Origin: Armatimonadota bacterium
GTDB lineage: Bacteria; Armatimonadota; Zipacnadia; Zipacnadales; UBA5352
Reading direction: 5' to 3'
Assembly (NCBI GenBank): GCA_034722055.1
Contig: JAYENL010000277.1
Span: 1 to 21,300, forward strand
DNA: 21,300 nt
Numbering within the stretch: the stretch's first letter is position 1; each line of letters begins with the position of its first letter. The notes below the pieces were generated by a model. It had not been told where the DNA came from. It searched no databases and saw only the letters and a list, made by a program, of their open reading frames with translations. The translations under genes were made by a program, and so were the position numbers. This document shows positions 15,792 to 21,300 of this stretch, one piece after another.

Positions 15792-15876
15792 CTGTGCAGC
15801 GGGCGCTCTGGATCGGTGTGGGCGGCCGCTCGTATGTTACTCCCAGCGCCACACCGGCGCCAAGAGAGGGATGCTC

Positions 15877-16866
15877 GTGGCTTCGGAGATCGATGCCCTG
15901 GCTGCCGAGATCGAGCGCCGGCGGCCATTCCTTGACCGCATCCGCGAGGAGATCGCCACAGTCATCGTGGGCCAGGACGAGATGATCCACCGCCTCCTGG
16001 TGGCGCTGCTGGCCGACGGGCACGTGCTGGTGGAGGGCGTGCCCGGCCTGGCCAAGACCCTGACCGTCCGGACCCTCGCGCAGACACTCGACACCGGCTT
16101 CCAGCGCCTGCAGTTCACCCCGGACCTGCTGCCAGCCGACATCATGGGCACCATGGTCTACGACGAGCGCGACCGCACCTTCTACGCCAAGAAGGGCCCC
16201 ATCTTCGCCAACATGATCCTGGCCGATGAGATCAACCGGGCTCCGGCCAAGGTCCAGAGCGCACTGCTGGAGGCCATGCAGGAGCGCCAGGTGACCATCG
16301 GGGAGCAGACCTTCAGCCTGGAGCAGCCCTTTCTGGTGATGGCGACGCAGAACCCCATCGAGCAGGAGGGGACCTATCCGCTGCCGGAGGCGCAGGTGGA
16401 CCGCTTCATGCTCAAGCTCAAGGTGCTCTACCCCAGCAAGGACGATGAGCTGCGCATCCTGCAGCGGTGGACGACCGGCGAGGTGCCCACGGCTCGGGCG
16501 GTGGCATCGGTGGAGGAGCTGGCGGCGGCGCGGGAGCTGGTGGTGGGCCTGTACATCGACGAGCGCGTGCAGCGCTACATCGTGGACCTGGTCTGCGCCA
16601 CCCGCGAGCCTCGCGCGTACGACCTGCCCCGCCTGGAGCCGCTGATCGAGTACGGCTCCTCGCCGCGCGCCACCATCTACCTGACGCTGGCCGGGAAGGC
16701 GAATGCCTTCCTGGAGGGCCGCGGCTACGTGACCCCCGATGACGTGCGCGCCATCGGCATGGACGTGCTGCGCCACCGGATAATCGTCAGCTACGAGGCG
16801 GAGGCCGAGGAGGTTACATCCGAGGACGTGGTGCGGGCCATCTTCGAGCACGTGGAGGTGCCCTGA
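15877..16866 (+). CDS. moxR: MoxR-family AAA+ ATPase
   Basis: Walker A GVPGLAKT, RLQFTPDLLPAD, Walker B LADEINRAPAKVQSALLEAMQE, ATQNPIEQEGTYPLPEAQVDRF. GTG 15877 follows the GAGAGGG SD (ATG 15871 is an alternative). Confidence 0.95.
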   Translation: MASEIDALAAEIERRRPFLDRIREEIATVIVGQDEMIHRLLVALLADGHVLVEGVPGLAKTLTVRTLAQTLDTGFQRLQFTPDLLPADIMGTMVYDERDRTFYAKKGPIFANMILADEINRAPAKVQSALLEAMQERQVTIGEQTFSLEQPFLVMATQNPIEQEGTYPLPEAQVDRFMLKLKVLYPSKDDELRILQRWTTGEVPTARAVASVEELAAARELVVGLYIDERVQRYIVDLVCATREPRAYDLPRLEPLIEYGSSPRATIYLTLAGKANAFLEGRGYVTPDDVRAIGMDVLRHRIIVSYEAEAEEVTSEDVVRAIFEHVEVP

Positions 16867-16868
16867 GC

Positions 16869-17789
16869 GTGCTGCCGGCGCGGGACAGGGAGGGCGACGA
16901 GGCGGCGCTGGCGCTGACGGCGAGGCTGCTGCGGCAGGTGCGGCGGCTGGAGATCCGGGCCCGGCATCTCGCCGAGGACCTCTTCGCGGGAAGCTACCGC
17001 TCGGTGTTCAAGGGCAGCGGCATCGAGTTCGCAGAGGTGCGGCGCTACTACCGGGGGGACTCGGTGAGCAATATCGACTGGAACGTGACCGCTCGGATGG
17101 GCTATCCGCATGTCAAGGAGCACGTTGATGAGCGGCAGCTCACCGTGCTGCTGGCGGTGGACGTGAGCGGCTCGGTGGAGTACGGGAGCCTGGATCGGCG
17201 GAAGCAGGACGTGGCGGCGGAGGTGGCGGGGCTGCTGGCCTTCTCGGCGATCCGTAACAACGACAAGGTCGGCCTAGCGATGTTCTCCGTGGAGGTCGAG
17301 AAGTACATCCCACCGGAGAGGGGCCGCCGCCAGGGCCTGAGGCTCATCCGGGAGATGTTGCATTACCGTCCGCGCGGGCGCGGGACCAACATCGCGGAGG
17401 CCCTGGAGTTCATCAGCCGGGTCCTGACGCGCCGCGCCATTATCTTCTTGATCTCCGACTTCCACGATGAGGCCTACCAGCGGGCCATGTCCGTGGCCGC
17501 GCGGCGCCACGACCTCATCGCCGTGCGGCTCATCGACCCCCGGGAGCGCGACATCCCGCCCGCGGGGCTGGTGGAGCTCATCGACTCTGAGGCGGGCTCG
17601 CACGTGCTGCTGGATGCCTCTGACGCGGAGTATCGCCGGGAGCTTCAGGGCGTGCTCCAGGCTCGGCGCGACGAGCAGGCGGGCGAGATGCGCCGCAGGG
17701 GCGTAGACCTCATCGACGTGCCCACCGACGGCACTGCCGTCGATCCGCTCGTGGAGTTCTTCGAGCTGCGCAGGAGGCGGCTGCGGTGA
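16869..17789 (+). CDS. DUF58 (VWA-like) protein of MoxR operons
   Basis: Motifs SVFKGSGIEFAEVRRY..GD, IDWNVTAR, MIDAS-like DVSGS, FLISDF. Confidence 0.93.
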   Translation: MLPARDREGDEAALALTARLLRQVRRLEIRARHLAEDLFAGSYRSVFKGSGIEFAEVRRYYRGDSVSNIDWNVTARMGYPHVKEHVDERQLTVLLAVDVSGSVEYGSLDRRKQDVAAEVAGLLAFSAIRNNDKVGLAMFSVEVEKYIPPERGRRQGLRLIREMLHYRPRGRGTNIAEALEFISRVLTRRAIIFLISDFHDEAYQRAMSVAARRHDLIAVRLIDPRERDIPPAGLVELIDSEAGSHVLLDASDAEYRRELQGVLQARRDEQAGEMRRRGVDLIDVPTDGTAVDPLVEFFELRRRRLR

Positions 17790-18751
17790 GGCGCAGATCC
17801 CTTCGGTGGCTGCTCGCAGGCCTGATGATGGCCGCTGTCTGGCGGCTTGCGGCCGCCAAGGATGCGGAGCCGGCGGTCAGCATCTCCGTGGAGCCCCGTG
17901 AGGTGACCGTCGGAGATATCCTGACCGCGACGGTGGAGATAACCTGGCCCATGGAGTTGACCGTTGACCTTCCCGGCGACGACGCGGAGATGGGTGACGC
18001 CGAGATCCGCTCATCGACGCAGACCGTGGAGGACCTGCCGGACGGGCGCCGGCGGGCGATGATCGAGTACACGCTGGTGCTGTGGGAGGTGGGGGAGAGG
18101 ACCCTGAAGGCCCCGCCGGTCACGTGGCGGTCCGGCGACGGTAAGCCGCACCAGGCAGAGCGGCCGGAGGCGACCGTAACTGTCCGCAGCGTGCTGCCGG
18201 AGGGCGCGAGCGACATCAGAGACATCCGCGGACCGAAAGAGATTCCGCTGCGCCCCGTCCACTACCTGCTGGCCGCGCTCCCGCTGCTGCTGCTGACTGG
18301 CGCGATAGCGGGAGCGGTCCTACTGCTCAGGCGCAGGAAGGGCGAGGAGGAGCCGGAGGAGGCCGCGCCGCCCCTGCCGCCTGCGCAGGAGGCCTTGCTG
18401 GCGCTGGATGAGCTGGATCGCGAGAACCTGCCCGCCGCCGGCGAGGTCAAGGAGCACTACGTGCGGCTGAGCTGGATTCTGCGGCACTACGTGGAGCGGC
18501 GCTGGGGCATCCAGGCGCTGGAGGAGACCACGGGGATGCTGGCGGACAGCATGAGGGGCTCGGGGCAGGTGGACGAGGAGCCGGCCGCGCACATCGTGGA
18601 GGTGCTGCGCCGCGCCGACCTTGCGAAGTTCGCGAAGCACCGGCCGGCTGCGGAGGTGGCGCGGGAGGACGTCGAGCGGGCGCGAGGGATCGTGCGCGAT
18701 ACCCGGCCGCGCCCCGAGCCGGAGCGCGTCGAGGCGGTGGGGGGAGGCTGA
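17786..18751 (+). CDS. Bat-operon membrane protein (BatD-like Ig domain plus DUF4381-like region)
   Basis: GTGA overlap, signal peptide, beta-rich domain, IRDIRGP before a TM helix, then Y..LS.ILRHYVERRWG..ALEETT and ADLAKFAK motifs typical of the gene between DUF58 and batA. Confidence 0.8.
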   Translation: MRRRSLRWLLAGLMMAAVWRLAAAKDAEPAVSISVEPREVTVGDILTATVEITWPMELTVDLPGDDAEMGDAEIRSSTQTVEDLPDGRRRAMIEYTLVLWEVGERTLKAPPVTWRSGDGKPHQAERPEATVTVRSVLPEGASDIRDIRGPKEIPLRPVHYLLAALPLLLLTGAIAGAVLLLRRRKGEEEPEEAAPPLPPAQEALLALDELDRENLPAAGEVKEHYVRLSWILRHYVERRWGIQALEETTGMLADSMRGSGQVDEEPAAHIVEVLRRADLAKFAKHRPAAEVAREDVERARGIVRDTRPRPEPERVEAVGGG

Positions 18752-19755
18752 TGGAGCTGGCACGGCCGCTGTGGCTGCTGCTGCTGTTGGCGCTGCCGGG
18801 TGTCGTGTGGCTGATGCGGCGTCCGGGGAGCCGGCGGAGCGGCGCCATGGCATACCCGGACGTGTGGGATCTGCGGGCGCGGAGGACGCCGCGAACCGTC
18901 GCCGCCAGGGCGCTGCCCTGGCTGAGCGTCGTGGCGCTGGCTTTGATGGTCGTGGCGATGGCGCGCCCCAGGCGCCTGGAGGAGGTCGTGTCGGTCACCT
19001 CGGAGGGCATCGACATCGTCCTGGCCCTGGACATCTCGGGGAGCATGAGGGCGGAGGACTTCCAGCCCCGCAACCGGTTCAACGTCGCCAAGAGCGTGCT
19101 GCAGCGCTTCGTGGCTGGAACCGAGGGCGACCGGCTGGCGCTGGTGGTCTTCGCCGGGAAGGCCTTCACGCAGTGCCCGCTGACGCTCGATTATGAGATG
19201 CTGCAGCAGCTTCTCTCGCAGGTGGAGCTGGGCATGATTGAGGACGGAACCGCCATCGGGATGGCGATCGCCACGGCGGCCGCCCGGCTGGAGAAGTCGG
19301 AGGCCGCCAGCCGGGTCATCATCCTGCTGACCGACGGGGTCAACAACGCCGGGGCCATCGATCCCATCACGGCGGCGAAGGCCGCCGGGGCGGTGGGGGT
19401 GAAGGTCTACGCTGTGGGGGTGGGCACTGAGGAGGGGGCGCGCATCCCGATTGATGACCCCCTCTTCGGCCGGACCTACGCCCGGAACCCCGACGGGACC
19501 TTCAAGCGCACCGAGATGGACGAGGAGACGCTGCGGGCGGTGGCGGAGCTGTCCGAGGGTGAGTACTACCGGGCAGCGGACCCGAACGCGCTTGAGGAGA
19601 TCTACGAGACGATCCGGACGCTGGAGAAGAGCGAGTTCGAGAGCAGGCAGTACCGGCGCTATCAGGAGCTGGCCCCGGCGCTGCTGTGGCCTGCGATGGG
19701 GTTGCTGGCCGTGCAGGTGCTCCTCTCCTGCACCTGGCTGCGGAAGGTGCCGTGA
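18751..19755 (+). CDS. batA: BatA-like VWA domain protein
   Basis: N-terminal double TM ending AMARP. MIDAS DISGS, FTQCPLTLD, GTAIGMAI, LLTDGVNNAG, and a C-terminal TM. Confidence 0.9.
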   Translation: MELARPLWLLLLLALPGVVWLMRRPGSRRSGAMAYPDVWDLRARRTPRTVAARALPWLSVVALALMVVAMARPRRLEEVVSVTSEGIDIVLALDISGSMRAEDFQPRNRFNVAKSVLQRFVAGTEGDRLALVVFAGKAFTQCPLTLDYEMLQQLLSQVELGMIEDGTAIGMAIATAAARLEKSEAASRVIILLTDGVNNAGAIDPITAAKAAGAVGVKVYAVGVGTEEGARIPIDDPLFGRTYARNPDGTFKRTEMDEETLRAVAELSEGEYYRAADPNALEEIYETIRTLEKSEFESRQYRRYQELAPALLWPAMGLLAVQVLLSCTWLRKVP

Positions 19756-19763
19756 TCGGTGCG

Positions 19764-20783
19764 ATGCAGCAGTACGTGCGCTGGGCACATCCTGAGCTGC
19801 TGAAGCTGCTGTGGCTGACGCCGCTGGTGGTGGCGCTGTATGTGTATGCGGCGCGGGCGCGCTGGCGGACGATGCGGCGAATGGCGACGCCGGTGGCGCT
19901 GGATCGCATCGCCGGGGCGCGGGTGCGGCGCCGCCGGCGCATCCGAGCGGCGCTGATGACCGGCGCGCTGGTGATGCTGGTGCTGGCGGCGGCCCGGCCG
20001 CAGTTCGGCACGCAGATGACGCGCATGCAGCGGCGGGGCGCCGACGTGATCTTCGCCATCGACACCAGCCAGAGCATGCTGGCCCGCGACATGCCGCCCG
20101 ACCGCCTGGGCGCGGCCAAGGACGCCGTGCGCGCGGTGGTCAGCCGCATGCGCGGCGACCGAGTGGGGATCGTGGCCTTCGCCGGCGACGCCTTCCAGTA
20201 CTGCCCGCTGACCATCGACTACGGGGCCACGCAGATGTTCCTCGACGCCCTGGACACGCACGTTATCGGCGACCCCGGGACGGCGCTGGCGGCGGCCATC
20301 CGGGAGGCGGCGGACGCCCTGGAGGCCGCGGAACATCGCTACCGCCACGTCGTCATACTCACCGACGGCGAGGACCATGAGGGCGGGGCGGCGGAGGCGG
20401 CGCGGGAGGTGGCCTCAAAGGGCATCACCATCCACGTGGTCGGCGTGGGATCCACGGAGGGCGAGCCGGTGCCGGTCCTTGACGCGGAGGGCAAGGTGAC
20501 GGGGCACAAGCGGGGGCCGGACGGAGAGATCGTGGTCAGTCGGCTGGACGAGCAGACGCTCCGGAGGGTCGCCCAGGCCGGCAGCGGCAGCTACGTGCGG
20601 GCATCGGACGGCGGCATTCCCGTGGACAGGATCTACAGCGAGCTGAGCCGGGAGGAGGGGCGCATCGTCGGGACCTATCAGTTCACCGAATACGCTGAGC
20701 GCTACCAGCTTCCGCTGGGCGTGGCGATCCTCCTGGTGGCGGCCCAGGCCATGCTGGGTGACGTGAGGAGGCGGCGCTCATGA
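19764..20783 (+). CDS. batB: BatB-like VWA domain protein
   Basis: AAARPQFG, MIDAS DTSQSMLARD..P.RL, CPLTIDY, LTDGEDHEG, VVSRLDEQTL, C-terminal TM. Start is ATG 19764 or the overlapping GTG 19752. Confidence 0.9.
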   Translation: MQQYVRWAHPELLKLLWLTPLVVALYVYAARARWRTMRRMATPVALDRIAGARVRRRRRIRAALMTGALVMLVLAAARPQFGTQMTRMQRRGADVIFAIDTSQSMLARDMPPDRLGAAKDAVRAVVSRMRGDRVGIVAFAGDAFQYCPLTIDYGATQMFLDALDTHVIGDPGTALAAAIREAADALEAAEHRYRHVVILTDGEDHEGGAAEAAREVASKGITIHVVGVGSTEGEPVPVLDAEGKVTGHKRGPDGEIVVSRLDEQTLRRVAQAGSGSYVRASDGGIPVDRIYSELSREEGRIVGTYQFTEYAERYQLPLGVAILLVAAQAMLGDVRRRRS

Positions 20784-21300
20784 GCCGCCGGTGGCTGATG
20801 ACTGTGCTGCTCGCGGCTCCCCTGCTGGCCGGCTTTACCTGGCCGGGAACGGTGGAGTGGCTGTGCGCGCGCGGGGTGGCTCGGTACCGTGAGGGAGAAT
20901 ACGGTGAGGCTACCAGGGCCTTCACCCGGGCGCTGGAGCACGACCCGGGCAACGCCACGCTGAGGTACAATCGGGGCTCTGCGCTCTACCGCCAGGGGCG
21001 GTTCCCGGAGGCGGCGGAGGTCCTGGAGGCGGCCGCGAGCGCGGAGGACACCGGTCTGCGGCGGGATGCGCACTACAACCTGGGCAACGCCCGCTTCAGG
21101 CAGTCCGACTTCGAGGCGGCGATCGAGGCCTACAAGGAGGCGCTGCGACTGGATCCCGGTGACATGGATGCCAAGCACAACCTGGAGCTGGCCCAGCGCC
21201 TCCAGAAGCAGAGAGAGGAGCAGGAGCAACAGCAGCGGGACCAGGAGCAGAAGGAGGATCGACACCAACAGCAGCAGGAAGGCCAGCAGGAGCAGCAGCA
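20780..21300 (+). CDS. batC: BatC-like TPR protein, truncated by the window edge
   Basis: ATGA overlap with the batB stop. Manual translation gives MSRRWLMTVLLAAPLLAG...YNRGSALYRQG...AHYNLGNARFRQSDFEAAIEAYKEALRLDPGDMDAKHNLELAQR, then a Q/E-rich linker. Absent from the ORF track because there is no stop in the window. Confidence 0.88.
   Translation, partial: MSRRWLMTVLLAAPLLAGFTWPGTVEWLCARGVARYREGEYGEATRAFTRALEHDPGNATLRYNRGSALYRQGRFPEAAEVLEAAASAEDTGLRRDAHYNLGNARFRQSDFEAAIEAYKEALRLDPGDMDAKHNLELAQRLQKQREEQEQQQRDQEQKEDRHQQQQEGQQEQQ

Noticed and set aside
14989..15876. 625-aa extended MoxR ORF
   Set aside because: The extension runs antisense over rpsT and both promoters. MoxR homology and the SD begin at about 15871-15877.
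21200..21300. CAG/GAG-rich low-complexity tract
   Set aside because: It encodes the ordinary Gln/Glu-rich linker of BatC-like proteins and is not an independent repeat array.
15877..21300. MoxR-VWA-TPR cluster as a novel system
   Set aside because: It matches the well-described BatI/MoxR-proper operon in gene order and motifs.
1..21300. CRISPR array, tRNA, IS or prophage
   Set aside because: I saw no regularly spaced direct repeats, cloverleaf motifs, or transposase, integrase or phage genes.

Overview
High-GC (roughly 70%, by eye) bacterial chromosomal window. Gene content suggests an Armatimonadota/PVC-like polysaccharide degrader, but that is inference only. From left to right: (i) about 300 bp of non-coding DNA packed with palindromic REP-like elements; (ii) an ECF sigma factor, a zinc-binding anti-sigma factor and a MucB/RseB-like gene, preceded by a probable autoregulatory ECF promoter and followed by an acidic beta-rich lipoprotein; (iii) a minus-strand cluster of a secreted ~1200-aa PL26/YetA-like multidomain protein, a Nna1/CCP-like M14 zinc carboxypeptidase and a Tat-exported sulfatase; (iv) a divergent pta plus FAH-family hydrolase pair; (v) minus-strand rpsT, a cytoplasmic sulfatase, and a DUF389 membrane protein gene interrupted by one in-frame TAG just before a threefold-repeated soluble domain; (vi) a MoxR-DUF58-DUF4381-like-BatA-BatB-BatC (BatI-type) operon running off the right edge. 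I found no CRISPR array, tRNA/rRNA, transposase or phage gene. The most notable items are the in-frame amber codon, the tandem triple domain behind it, the lyase-carboxypeptidase-sulfatase cluster and the intergenic palindromic repeats. None proves a new system from sequence alone.
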